39,342 nt of DNA from Octopus bimaculoides. Taxonomy: Eukaryota. A program made the translations under genes and the position numbers. The notes beneath the pieces were generated by a model that made no database searches, was not told the origin of the DNA, and was given only the letters and a program-made list of their open reading frames with translations. This document shows positions 1 through 11,985 of this stretch, in pieces (position 1 is the first letter of the stretch; each line of letters begins with the position of its first letter). The stretch covers positions 23,091,513-23,130,854 of the forward strand of contig NC_068981.1 of assembly GCF_001194135.2 (NCBI RefSeq), read 5' to 3'.

Positions 1-58
<58 letters not shown>
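1..58. repeat. (GA)n microsatellite
   Basis: Perfect GA run, seen directly. Confidence 0.99.
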
Positions 59-61
<3 letters not shown>

Positions 62-523
62 GCACATTAATATTTTCAATGATTGCAAAGGACTGTAATT
101 GCTATAATCTATTTTCATAGAATTCACCACTCTTATTAAACAGATATTCTTCTTACCACTAATCACTAAAAGTAGGTCAGGTTTTTAAAGGAATTTTCAT
201 TTCTTTTTTTTTTTAATAATTTAAAATTTTCATTTTTATTTTTACAACACAAATCATGTAAAACAGCATTAGAAGTACATCTTCCCAGGGATGTGATTAG
301 CATTCCCTACCTTCCTACTCACTCATCCTATTTCTATAAAGCATGAGTGTCTATGACAAATAATCATATTAATTAGCTTAATTAGGGTAAATAATATGAT
401 ACTCTTCATGCATGTTTCACTGCATTTGTGACTAATCATGGGTAAAATTTAACACTGTTATCCACTTCAGGTTGTGAAACTAATGTTAAGTAGTTTAGGA
501 CTTATGAGACATCTCTATCGTAT

Positions 524-599
524 ATGTGTATGTATGGGTGCATATGTGTATGTGTGTGTGTATATATGTATATGTATATATGTATATATATGTATATAC

Positions 600-638
<39 letters not shown>

Positions 639-1370
639 NNNNNNNNNNNNNNNNNNNNNNNNNNNNNNNNNNNNNNNNNNNNNNNNNNNNNNNNNNNNNN
701 NNNNNNNNNNNNNNNNNNNNNNNNNNNNNNNNNNNNNNNNNNNNNNNNNNNNNNNNNNNNNNNNNNNNNNNNNNNNNNNNNNNNNNNNNNNNNNNNNNNN
801 NNNNNNNNNNNNNNNNNNNNNNNNNNNNNNNNNNNNNNNNNNNNNNNNNNNNNNNNNNNNNNNNNNNNNNNNNNNNNNNNNNNNNNNNNNNNNNNNNNNN
901 NNNNNNNNNNNNNNNNNNNNNNNNNNNNNNNNNNNNNNNNNNNNNNNNNNNNNNNNNNNNNNNNNNNNNNNNNNNNNNNNNNNNNNNNNNNNNNNNNNNN
1001 NNNNNNNNNNNNNNNNNNNNNNNNNNNNNNNNNNNNNNNNNNNNNNNNNNNNNNNNNNNNNNNNNNNNNNNNNNNNNNNNNNNNNNNNNNNNNNNNNNNN
1101 NNNNNNNNNNNNNNNNNNNNNNNNNNNNNNNNNNNNNNNNNNNNNNNNNNNNNNNNNNNNNNNNNNNNNNNNNNNNNNNNNNNNNNNNNNNNNNNNNNNN
1201 NNNNNNNNNNNNNNNNNNNNNNNNNNNNNNNNNNNNNNNNNNNNNNNNNNNNNNNNNNNNNNNNNNNNNNNNNNNNNNNNNNNNNNNNNNNNNNNNNNNN
1301 NNNNNNNNNNNNNNNNNNNNNNNNNNNNNNNNNNNNNNNNNNNNNNNNNNNNNNNNNNNNNNNNNNNNNN

Positions 1371-1410
<40 letters not shown>
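524..1410. repeat. (TA)n/(TG)/(CATA) microsatellite spanning an assembly gap (N 639-1370)
   Basis: TA repeats on both sides of 732 Ns. Confidence 0.95.
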
Positions 1411-1413
<3 letters not shown>

Positions 1414-2252
1414 CGAGGTCTGATCAATAAGTATCCGGACTGGTGCCATAGTAACAAATCTAAAGCATGCAGAGTAAAGCTGCTTAGCACAGATTGACCT
1501 TCAACTCTGCTGTACTTGCACACTAAGTTTTAACGTACTAGCTCACTTCTGCTGTTTACAGCAGTGGTTGGAAGGAAGGTGTGTAGCGTGTGATTATCGC
1601 ATTGACCATGACACAGAAAGTTGTCATGGCAATACTTGCACAAAGTTGCAGAAAGTTCAGACATTTCCAAAATGGCTGAAAAAATGTCGATATTGATGAA
1701 CATCCTGTGAGACCCGCAACCAGCAGAACTGAGAAAGACATTGCTAATGTGTGTGCAGCTGTGAGGGGAAATCGTCGAATCCCCATCTGTGAGTTATCAG
1801 AGGACATGCAGATTAGTTACAGTTCAGTTCTGTTCATTATCACTGAAGATTTGGGTATGAGCCGCATGTCTACCAAGTTTATGCCAAAACTGCTTTCAGC
1901 TGACCAAAAAGACACTCAGGTTTCAGTTGCACAAGATCTCCTTGATTGTGTCGAGTATGATTAAAACTTTTTAAAAACTTTGCATACGCTTCTGAGCAGG
2001 TATCACCAAGCTTTTGGCAAAACTTGATGCAGATTCTCTGCTCAAATTTCTCTGTCATGGTCAATGTGACAATCACGCACTACAAACCTTCCTTCCAAGC
2101 ACTGCTGTAAAGAGTGGAAGTGAGCTAGAATGTTAAAACTTAGTGCACATACACAGCAGAGTTGAAGGTCAATTTGTGCCAAGTGGCTTTACTTTGAGTG
2201 CTTTAGTTTCGTTATTATGACAACAGTCCGGATACTTATTGATCAGACCACA
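1414..2252. mobile_element. Non-autonomous Tc1/mariner derivative with ~205-bp inverted arms and transposase fragments
   Basis: TA|cgaggtctgatcaataagtatccggactg ... cagtccggatacttattgatcagaccaca|TA. The plus-strand fragment 1707-1964 (RPATSRTEKDIANV...ISYSSVLFIITEDLGMSRMSTKFMPKLLSADQK) resembles a mariner HTH region. The minus-strand fragment MTEKFEQRICIKFCQKLG resembles a mariner N-terminus. Confidence 0.9.
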
Positions 2253-2586
2253 TATAACTGTATATGTATACACATGTATGTGTGTGTATGTGTGCACGTG
2301 TGTGCGCGTGTGTGCATGTGTGTGTGTGTGTGTGTGATTGTGTGTATGTATGTTTTTGTCTCCTTGTGATAATTGTAAATGAGTCTCACTCTCATACAAG
2401 CAGTGTCATTTATTTCCCATATTCTGTGAAATCATGTCCAGCCATGGGAAAATACTACCTTCCTTGGAAACAAGTGTGGGTTAGTGACAAATAGGCATCT
2501 AACCATTGAAAATCTGCCTCAGCAATTCCATACAACCCATGTAGGCATGGAAGAAAAGGATGTTCAAACGACGATGATGATGATGA

Positions 2587-2653
<67 letters not shown>

Positions 2654-3299
2654 ATGCACAAAAAGTTCAAAATTCAAACAAATGAAATAACTTTAATCAA
2701 TTCAATGCCCATTTGTGTGTGAAATAAAATTACAAATATATTCTTTCTTTATTATTAATGCAAGATTAAAAAGAAAAGAGTAGGAAGGAGTCTCCTGAAG
2801 GACCCTTCCATGGTTTTTGTTCCTCACAGAAGGACCATTTCATGGTTTGTTCCTCAGAGAAGACTTACTCAGCTTCCTTCCCCAATCAATGGCACAGATC
2901 AACTTTAAAAGGTATACATAAATCAGGTTTGCACAGTAGTGGATAGCCTAATTTGCATTGCTGTTCCACATATCAATAGCTTAGAAAGAATATGCTTACA
3001 TTCTTATATAATCCCCAGTGAGATGTTGCAAAGATTAAATATATTTCATTTTAAATTTAAAAGCTTTGTTGTGCATAAAATATACACTATTTAATTAATG
3101 ACTAGCCAGCAAGGACACAATATAAGCTATACTAGGTTATCTATTGATATTCTTCTAATTATTAATAATTGCATATTATAACAGTCAATCTATGCTATTG
3201 ATTGAGGAAGGAAGCTGAGTGTCTTCTCTGATGATTGGTCAATAAATAATGATATGGTCAATTAGAAGATTCACACTCCTTTTCTTTTCTAAGCACATC

Positions 3300-4400
3300 A
3301 GTAACACAGAAGGAATGTGCTAATATTCTCATTTAATCCACTGTGAGTCACACCCTGTCCCCATCAACTTCCCAGCTATTCCCACCTGGATATAAGCAAA
3401 AGATACTTCCACTTACTCTGGTTCGGTCTCAATCCTTGCTTCTCAAATACATCGGCTTGCCTCCAATATTAAGCTGGAATTACTCTAACTCTGAACAACT
3501 CAATGATCATATGTTTTCTTGCATTGAGAACATCTATCTTAGATCATCCCACGCAAGTAATTTTCTATACTTGGGTCTTACATTCACTTCATACATCAGT
3601 GCAGAAACTATATCATTTACAGCTACCAACACTTCAACTAGATTTGTTCCTGACCAACATATTCATACTCTAAACACCTTTGATTCTTTTCTCACTTCCA
3701 AACTGAACATCAACCAGACCATAATTGTTTCTGCATCGATTGCATTGTCATGACTATTCATCACACATTGACATGTGACACAATGATCCCCTCCACCTCT
3801 CAGAAACTATGGCATTTCAAGTCATCTGACTTGCAGAGTTCCATCAGTTTTATGCTATCCTTGGTAGTTTATGTGCTTCACTCCAATGCATCAGAAAGCT
3901 TGGCACTGAATAAAACACATTTCTTAATCATATTCCTCCACATCTCACACACACCAAGAATTCAAATCCCAAGTACCCCATGTGATTCACTCATAGCTAC
4001 ACTGCCGTAGCTGAAGCAAAAAGCACAACCTACAACACATTATGAAAATCTTCCATTACAACAAACCAGACAGCTATTAACCAGCACCATAATTTCTGCA
4101 AGACCATTATCTGCATCACAAACGATGTCTCTCTCTCTCTCTTTTCCTATACTGCAGTCAACTCTTTTGGTCCTTTGCCAATAAGATTTCTCCAATTTGG
4201 TAGAATTTTACTTTCCTTTATTTCTCAAACATAACAGTTCTATGAGCAATAACTTCTCAGAGAAAGCTTTCACATTTCCTTCTTGCTTTTCATCCAGTTC
4301 CACAGTTCATGAATTAGATAAATCTCTTTCAAAGCTATTCCTTTCCACTCCAGCAGATTCATCACCAAACACAAATAGATGCCAAATAAGAAAGTGCCTC
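3300..4400 (-). mobile_element. Highly decayed LINE (RTE-like) endonuclease-region remnant
   Basis: Purine-rich minus strand with broken frames loosely resembling an APE endonuclease segment. No intact ORF; boundaries approximate. Confidence 0.35.
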
Positions 4401-4419
4401 TAGTTGCTTCAAAAATAAA

Positions 4420-5460
4420 GCTGCCAATCCTATGTCTCTTCCATTAACTTTAAACAATATGTCCTATCATCACCAGCCCTATTGTCAACCACCCATTCAT
4501 CAACTCATTCATTACAAGGATACATCCTGACCATTGGATACATGGCACAGTTTGTCCAATATCTAAGAAAGGCAACCCCTTTGATGTTGCCAAAAGCTGA
4601 CCTACAGCAGTCATTTTTCAAAAACCTCAAACTTATAGAACCCTTCTAAAACACCTTGAATTTTCTTCCCACCTTAATGACCACAAGCATGGCTTTCATA
4701 ATGCCAGATCTGCTGGAGACTTACTCTCCATCAACAGGTTCTCACTCTTGAGAAATTTGGAGAAAGTAGTATTGTTGATCTCAACATTAGTAGTGTTTGA
4801 TGGTAAATATCCTGTCAAAACTGTTTGCCTATGGGTTCCTTCCATCTCTCATCTCTTGTATCAGTAGTTTCCTGCCAGATCATATTGCCAGGGAATAACA
4901 CAGACACACATCCTGCTAATATTGGTGTGTTCCAGATTTCTATTTTTCTCTCTGCACTTTTCTTCCGATTCATCAATGGCCTACTTATTTCAACTCCATT
5001 AATTCCCATTCCAGTGAACATAAATCTGCCTTTCATCCCTCTCTAACTAACCACACCCAAGTATTATCCATATGCAACTTAAATACTCTACACCAAATCT
5101 CTTCTGACTACATGAACAAAGATCCTGAAAATGTTCTCCAATGGGGGCCAGTCTTGTCTCTTTCAATATATACAGAACACTACTCAAATACTCAAAAACC
5201 TTGGAATATCTTCAAATGCTCAGTCTCATTTTAACTAGGGATTTCTCTTAGCATGCACCCACAACTACTAGTCCTCGACAAAGCCAAATTGTGACTCACG
5301 ATATAGTACTGCTTACACACTTGAGGTGCTGGTGTTGCTACTTTACATAGACATCTTAGAGTGCATCCAAATACCATGCAACATGAAACACATCTTGTAT
5401 ATTGTGATGAACAGACAGTCCTAGGATTACTGAAAGAGAATTTTACCAAACTGAACAATT
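4420..5460 (+). mobile_element. Decayed CR1/L2/Jockey-type reverse transcriptase remnant
   Basis: Frameshifted motifs read by eye: PISKKGNP, LLKHLEFSSHLNDHKHGF..RSAGDLLS, LSKLFAYGFLPSL, and a GVPQGSVLSPxLF-like segment at ~4920-4985. Boundaries approximate. Confidence 0.7.
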
Positions 5461-5794
5461 TAATAATAATTATTGGATATTGGCTTTTGCATGCTTATAG
5501 AACCATCACCATTACTCAGCGGAAGAAACCAGAAATTCATACCACATGTTTGATTCTTACTATACTTCTAACATTGTTTTATATAGCCACATCTAAATTC
5601 TCTAATATAGCTTTCATAAACCAGACTTTCAATATCAAATACTTTACAATCAATAGACTGGTGCTGATCTGCAGACATGTTGTCTCTTCTGCTACAGTGG
5701 TCTTAGTACTTCAGAGCTGATTGGTCTCTTACCACCTTCACTCAAGCACTTCTGATTCATTCATCTCTTTTCTATGTATTGTCCAGGTCCTGCA

Positions 5795-5978
5795 TTAACT
5801 ATTTTTCTCAGGTCTTTCTTCTTTCTCAAAACATTGATCTTCTGGAATTCCTTCTTTGCATATATTTTTTCTACAACTGTGGTCTTGTAAGTGTTGTAGT
5901 AAAATGTTAATGGTGTCAGTCTCACAAATCTCAAAGGGTCTGCATAGGCCATGGATAATCCCTTTTCTGTAGTTCAAA
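5795..5978 (-). CDS. Candidate terminal exon of an unidentified gene
   Basis: Pyrimidine-rich acceptor ttttctttctattag| at 5979. The phase matches the candidate exon 8090-8179. Reads LNYRKGIIHGLCRPFEICETD...EKNS*. No homology recognised. Confidence 0.25.
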
Positions 5979-6034
5979 CTAATAGAAAGAAAATCAAACA
6001 TTTTGTAATTCTTTCTTGTATTGTTATTTTTTCC

Positions 6035-6735
6035 ACAATCCTTGTGGCACCTGTGTTGGTGGCATGTAAAAAGCACCATCCAAACGTGACCGATGCCAGT
6101 GCCCCCATGACTGGCTCTCGTGCCAGTGACATGTAAAAAGGACCATCCAAACATGACCGATGCCAGTGCCCCCATGACTAGCACCCATGCTGGTGGCACA
6201 TAAAAAGCACTATCCAAACATGATCAATGATCAATGATCAATGATCAATGATCTTCTCATGTAAAAAGCACCACCCAAACGTGACCGATGCCAGTGCCCC
6301 CGTGACTGGCTCCCGTACCGGTGGCATGTAAAAAGCACTATCCNNNNNNNNNNGGCATGTAAAAAGCACCACCCAAACGTGACCGATGCCAGTGCCCCCG
6401 TGACTGGCTCCCGTACCGGTGGCATGTAAAAAGCACTATCCGAACATGATTGATGCCAGGCCCACCTGACTGACTCCCATACTGGTGGCACATAAGAAGC
6501 ATCATCTGAATGTGGCTGATGTCAGTACCCCCTGACTGGCTCCTGTGCTGGTGGCATATTAAAAGCACCCACTACACTCTCGGAGTGGTTGGTGTTAGGA
6601 AGGACATCGAGCTGTAGAAACATTGCCAGATCAGATTGGAGCCTGGTGCAACCAATGGCTTTCCAGACCTCAGTCAAACTGTCCAACTCATACCAGCATG
6701 GAAAATGGATGTTAAATGACAACGATGATGATGAT
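6035..6735 (+). mobile_element. 3' end of RTE-type LINE/SINE with internal ~67-bp tandem units and (ATG)n tail
   Basis: Repeats of catgtaaaaagcaccatccaaacgtgaccgatgccagtgcc, then the family 3' block and a gatgatgat tail. Same family as 25875-26668. Confidence 0.75.
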
Positions 6736-6996
6736 CCCACCATAAATGATAAAATAAAATACCAGTTTAACACTGAGGTCAATGGTACTGACTAGCACCT
6801 CCCTTCAAAACTGCTGACCTTGTGTCTGAATCTGAAATTTTTTTTCTCATTCTAGCACCAAGTTCTGAAATTTTGTTGGAATAGGTTTGTCCATTAAAAT
6901 TGTTTTTGTCTGGTATTCTATTCTATCAACCCCCAAAAGAATGAAAGACAAAATTGACCTTAGCAAGATTTGAACACTGAATGTAAGAAGCCTTAA

Positions 6997-7216
6997 CCCT
7001 TTAGCATTCATATTATTCTGTGAAATGTAAAGCTTATGTATTCACACCATTTTAAATTAATCATACATTGCTTCATGGCTTTGAGATTTCAATGATGTGA
7101 TTGTTTATTTTCAAAATGACACTGTAAGGTAGCCATGAAAGACAATATCTGACCAGTTTGAAGATAAAACAGGTAGAATATTTTGGCCGGATATGGCTGG
7201 TTTAAACACTAAAGGG
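6997..7216. mobile_element. piggyBac-type MITE (220 bp)
   Basis: TTAA|CCCTTTAG ... CTAAAGGG|TTAA: terminal inverted repeats (TIRs) plus a TTAA target site duplication (TSD) at 6993-6996 and 7217-7220. Confidence 0.85.
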
Positions 7217-7444
7217 TTAAGAAATATTAGCAATAAAATAAATTAGCAGTCAAGAAATGGGGGCAGTTTTAGTCAACTAACCCCCATCCACCAGAAATTA
7301 TTGTCACTTCCATCTGAGACAGTACTACTAGCACTACCATGGTCATTATCAGTGCTGGTTTCAGCATTTGTGGCAACATCAACAGCAGTAGAAAGGCAAT
7401 AGAAAAGAAGCAGCAGCAGCAGCAGCAATATCATCATTCAAGAA

Positions 7445-7900
7445 TCATCATCATCATCATCATCGTTTAACGTTTGCTTTCCATGCTAGCATGGGTTGCA
7501 CGATTTGACTGAGGACTGGTGCAACCGGATGGCTACACCAGGCTCCAATCTGATCTGGCAGAGTTTCTACAGCTGGATGCCCTTCCTAATGCCAACCACT
7601 CCGAGAGTGTAGTGTGTGCTTATACGTGCCACCGGTTGAAAGCCAGTCGGGCGGTACTGGCAACGGCCATGCTAGAAATGGTGTATTTTACGTGCCACCT
7701 GCACAGGAGCCAGTCCAGCGGCACTGGCAATGATCTCGCTCGAATGTCTTTACACATGCCACTGGCACAAGTGCCAAGAAGGCAACGTTGGTAACGATCA
7801 TGCTGGTGCTATTTACGTTCCACCGGCATGGAAGCCAGACAACTGCTCTGGCAACGATCACGCTTGGACGGTGCTCTTAATGCTCCACTGGTACAGGTGC
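7445..7900 (-). mobile_element. RTE-family 3' end copy
   Basis: (CAT)n + cgtttaacgtttgctttccatgctagcatgggtt...; matches the copies at 25875, 32153 and 39222. Confidence 0.85.
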
Positions 7901-8089
7901 CATCACAATGTTGCTGGAAACTGATTTGATCTTGATTTATCAAAGTTTCTGAAAATGAAGTGAAATAGCAGGATACATCACTAAGGACCATGTTGCACTA
8001 CCAATGGAGTTTGTGGAAGGAAAACGCAGAAGATCAGAAGACATATATTTGCTTCCCAAGAAACGAATATAAGTTTTCAATTTGCTCAC

Positions 8090-8179
8090 AAAGGTAGATT
8101 TCTAAGAGTTCCTTTCCAGCGTGTGGCTGGAGGTCTGTTATATTGAACAGGACCAGATTGTGGAACAGTAAACCTGGTA
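8090..8179 (-). CDS. Candidate 90-bp internal exon of an unidentified gene
   Basis: Acceptor cctttgttttcag|, donor |gtgagc, open phase 2-2 frame TRFTVPQSGPVQYNRPPATRWKGTLRNLP in non-repetitive sequence. No homology recognised. Confidence 0.3.
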
Positions 8180-8205
8180 CTGAAAACAAAGGAGGAGTCA
8201 ACATA

Positions 8206-8456
8206 TTGGGCTGGTGCATAATTATTGCGGCTTTTATTCAACAAATTTTATTCAACAAAAACAATAACAACATGTAACAAAAACATCTTTAAATGATTAT
8301 TCCGGAGCATATTCACCATCTACTTCAATTACTGCCTCCTATTTGCTTAGCAGATGGTCAGACCATCATTTAAAGACGTTATTGTTAAATATTGTTATTG
8401 TTTTTGTTGAATAACATTTGTTGGAAAAAAGCCGCAATAATTATGCACCAACCTAA
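8206..8456. mobile_element. Mariner MITE with Made1/Hsmar1-like TIRs
   Basis: TA|ttgggctggtgcataattattgcggctttt ... aaaaagccgcaataattatgcaccaacctaa|TA. The arms stay inverted for ~90 bp. Confidence 0.88.
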
Positions 8457-8699
8457 TATATTGTTCATGTAATATAGATTGACTCATAGACTGGTCCATG
8501 GTATAAGTGGCAAAGAAACATGTGACAGTCATGGGGAGAGAATGAAGAAATATGAATGATCATAATGTTTCCAAAGTAGTACATGGAAGTTGTGAAGTCA
8601 TGAGAAATTCAGACAAAGAAGTATTGGTTGGGAGTTGGTAAGGACCTCCAAATATTTTTTTATAATTCTTAAGTATAATAAATCTATTCTTGAGATATA

Positions 8700-9510
8700 T
8701 CCCATCAAAGGTTCAGTGAAAATTATTTGGTTGGACTAGTGGTACAGAGCAGAAAATCAAAGTGCTACATGTGAGGCACCAAAACCCACCTAAGGGCTTT
8801 CTGCCCATGAAAAGAAGAAAACAAAAAATCAGGATAACAGACATCTGCAAAAGCAACAATAGCCTAATCCTTCAGGGTAAACCACAGGTGCACAAGACAA
8901 GGCTGTTGCTGGTGGATACTAAAGACTAAAACACCACCAATTCCTACTTCACGGATAACTAAAAAACAAAAAAAGGGAAGTCGCTTCATCAACAGCACCA
9001 GTAGCTATAGATGGTGACCCAAGGCTTGGAAACATATCTCCCTCCAGCACAGAGCTAGTAAGAGGTCTAAGTTAACATTCCTAATTCGTCTTGGAAAAAT
9101 GGGGAGGAAAAGAAACCTGAGGATAAGTGAAAACCAGGTAGGATGGTTACTGTATTGTTAAAAAAAAATAGCTATATAATGATGTAATGATCTTTGGGGG
9201 TCTCTGATGGGAGACAGGTGGCTCTAGATGTGAATAACAGTATATGTCACACCCTAAGGCTGGTGGCCATCTATGCCCCACTGAGAGGAGGTTGGTTAGA
9301 TTTCTTCAAGTATCAGGAGACTTTTTTAATGATCTCCTTAAAGGAGGAATGGCAGTACCTATGACCTTTTTTAGGGCCTCTGAAACCAGTGTGAGAAAAG
9401 CAAAAAGTTGCTCGAGGAAAGCTAAAGATTGCTTGAAACAATGGACTCTGCTAAAGATGCCAAAGATATACAAGAACCAGTGGGTGGCATTTTTCCAGGA
9501 GAGGGACTAA
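8700..9510 (+). mobile_element. Decayed L1/Tx1-like LINE fragment (ORF1 end / endonuclease start)
   Basis: Frame at ~9210-9270 reads GRQVALDVNNSICHTLRLVAIYAP, typical of an L1/Tx1 APE endonuclease. Boundaries approximate. Confidence 0.55.
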
Positions 9511-9544
9511 GTCTTCTACCCAAGAACAGAAACAGTTGATCTGA

Positions 9545-9703
9545 TAGGCTTCCACAGTTTCTGTCTATCAAGTTTCACTCACGAGGCTTTGATGGTTGAT
9601 CTGAAACTGTGGTAGAAGACACTTGCCCAAAGTACTACTTTGTAAGATGGGATTGAACTCAAAACAACACTGTTGCAAAGCAAACGTCATTGCCACTCAG
9701 CCA
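9545..9703 (-). mobile_element. tRNA-derived SINE 5' half (diverged)
   Basis: Similar to 15795-15955 and 33505-33660 (gggcaagtgtcttctac motif). Confidence 0.7.
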
Positions 9704-11985
9704 GACCTGCACCCTAAATCTTAGTCTAAGAAAAGAGGAATTAAATAGCTAAAATATTTTATATGGAAATTATTAAACCATATTCATGTGTATTTTCTTG
9801 TATTTATTTATTTTACTTTATCCTTATTAAGTACTGATTTTATCATTTGAATTCACTTTCTGTCCTTTAATAAATTTCTGATCACATGAAAAGAGTACTA
9901 CTGACCCTGAAAAGAGGAATAATAAAAAAAAAAGTAAAGATTATATTGTCAAATTTTTTATTACTGTAATGCACACATGTGACATGCATTGTATAAGAAT
10001 ATTTGATTTATATAAATCAAGTAACAACTATTTAATATGGTATTGAATCTAGTGCAGTATATTTTATAACACTGAATTTTTTATTCAACCAATATATATA
10101 ATAAATGAAAATGCCAAAAATACAATAGACTTTTAACATAGTTTGCACCAATTAGTTGGGGTTTTTTTGTGTTTTTTTTGCAAGTGTTTAACTGTGGTGA
10201 TATTTTATTTATTTTACTTTTGACAATTCCAGAATATTCTGCTCAATTCAAAGATATATGTCTTGAATAAATGAGTGAGATAGTTTGATAATGTTCAATA
10301 GAATTTGTCAGTCTGACCTTATCCACCCACAGTCAAAATGAAAACCTCTACATGGTCAATCAATTTGCCAGAAATAGCAATCAAATTTCTCAGAAATAAG
10401 CATCCTGACGTCTTAAAAGTGAAAGGGCACATTACATAATGTAGTCATAGATAAATAAGAGATTGTCATGACTGGAATGTTTTCTTATCATAGATCTGAA
10501 TGATCAGCCCCGAATTAGGGTTATACAACAATAATAACAACAGCAATAATCATTTAGGTCTTATAAGTACATTTTGTTTTTTTGTATTAGTAGGGGTAGT
10601 AGAATGGCATCTAAATGCTAACCACACCAACTGAGGCTGGGTAGATTAGCATTTAGAATGGAAGGGTGCAAAAGTCACTGAAATCTACTCAGATATTTTC
10701 AGGTGCATCAACAGAGAATGAATGTATTATCTTTATGCACTTCAGTGCATGGACTTTGGAAAATCAGAATAGGCCATCCAGATTATACTTAGAATGTTTG
10801 TTAGTACAGCTGACCGAGTTAGTATAAGTAGTGTACTTATTTTATGTGTTTGATGATATGTATGCTCAATGTAGATAAGAATTTTTGAAAAGGAGGCAGT
10901 TACTTAAAGCTGAACATGCCATTTAAAGCATGGAGAGTCTATAGGAATTGGATTACTGTGTTAGTTGAATGGTAATTGACAGGCATGATTATAACTAATG
11001 GATGATGAGTAGGCCTGAAAAGGAAAATTAGAGCAGAATCTATTAAGAAACTGAAGTGCTGGCAGGCAGCTACACCTGGGGACAATTACAACCCCTTGCC
11101 AAAGATTGAGACATATGGTGATCTCTTACTGATGTCATATGCTCTACAAGGAGTTATAGGATTAAGAAGAATCAGTGAAAAACATTACATGAGGTGAGGT
11201 ACTAGCTTATTTAGAAGGAGCTGATAGAAAGGATCTTATAGTCCAAGTGGTGGTGGTCAGAATGGCACTTGATCATGTCTTCAATGCTAAACACAAAGCT
11301 GTACTGTCCAAGCTAAAGTAAAAATATACAAAAGGTGTTCAGTGAGTCAGAGTGACACAATCATATAATGACAACTGAGCCATGATATGCCTGTGTCATT
11401 AAGGTATCATGATATACCTGTGTCACCATGATATGGTGTTTAGCAGATCATAGAGGTATGTGATATCTGACTGCAAGTAGATTTGTGCAGTTTTATCAGC
11501 AATTTTTTGGTAAGTTGTTTGAGAAGGGTGATGAACTACAAGGAGTAGGCTTTGATGTCTATTTCAACAGCCTTCCACAAATCATGGTAAAAATGATGAA
11601 GTGGGAAAATCTGATTTCAGTTTCTAAAGTAGCAGTAACTATTTCTGGTTGTGCATGAGACAAGTCACCAAGATTGGCTGGTTCATTTTCTCTACAAATT
11701 CAGTTCAGCATATGAGATTTGTTGGTCCAGTGAACAGGGTTGTCTCTATTGTACAGTGGCAGCTGTTTGGTAATAGTGGTAAATAGCCACCATCCTTAAC
11801 TGTTTTGTATCTCATATTCAGTCAAATAGTGCCTCTTTCATTGTTTTTGTATGTTCTAGCTCTTGAGTTCAATTCCTGTGGTGACAAAAGCAACTAGCAT
11901 CCTGGGGCAGAATTATCTCATTTGAGTTATAGGAACCAAAGACAGTCACTGATTATGTAACCCTGTGATTTGGGTAACATGAGAA

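Noticed and set aside
474-1523. Long ORFs of 299-342 aa in the track
   Set aside because: They are translations of an N-gap and TA repeats. The same applies to the ORFs over 15486-15743, 18083-18515 and 24262-24612.
6258-6440. Exact ~85-bp duplication on either side of a 10-N gap
   Set aside because: Typical scaffolding overlap artefact.
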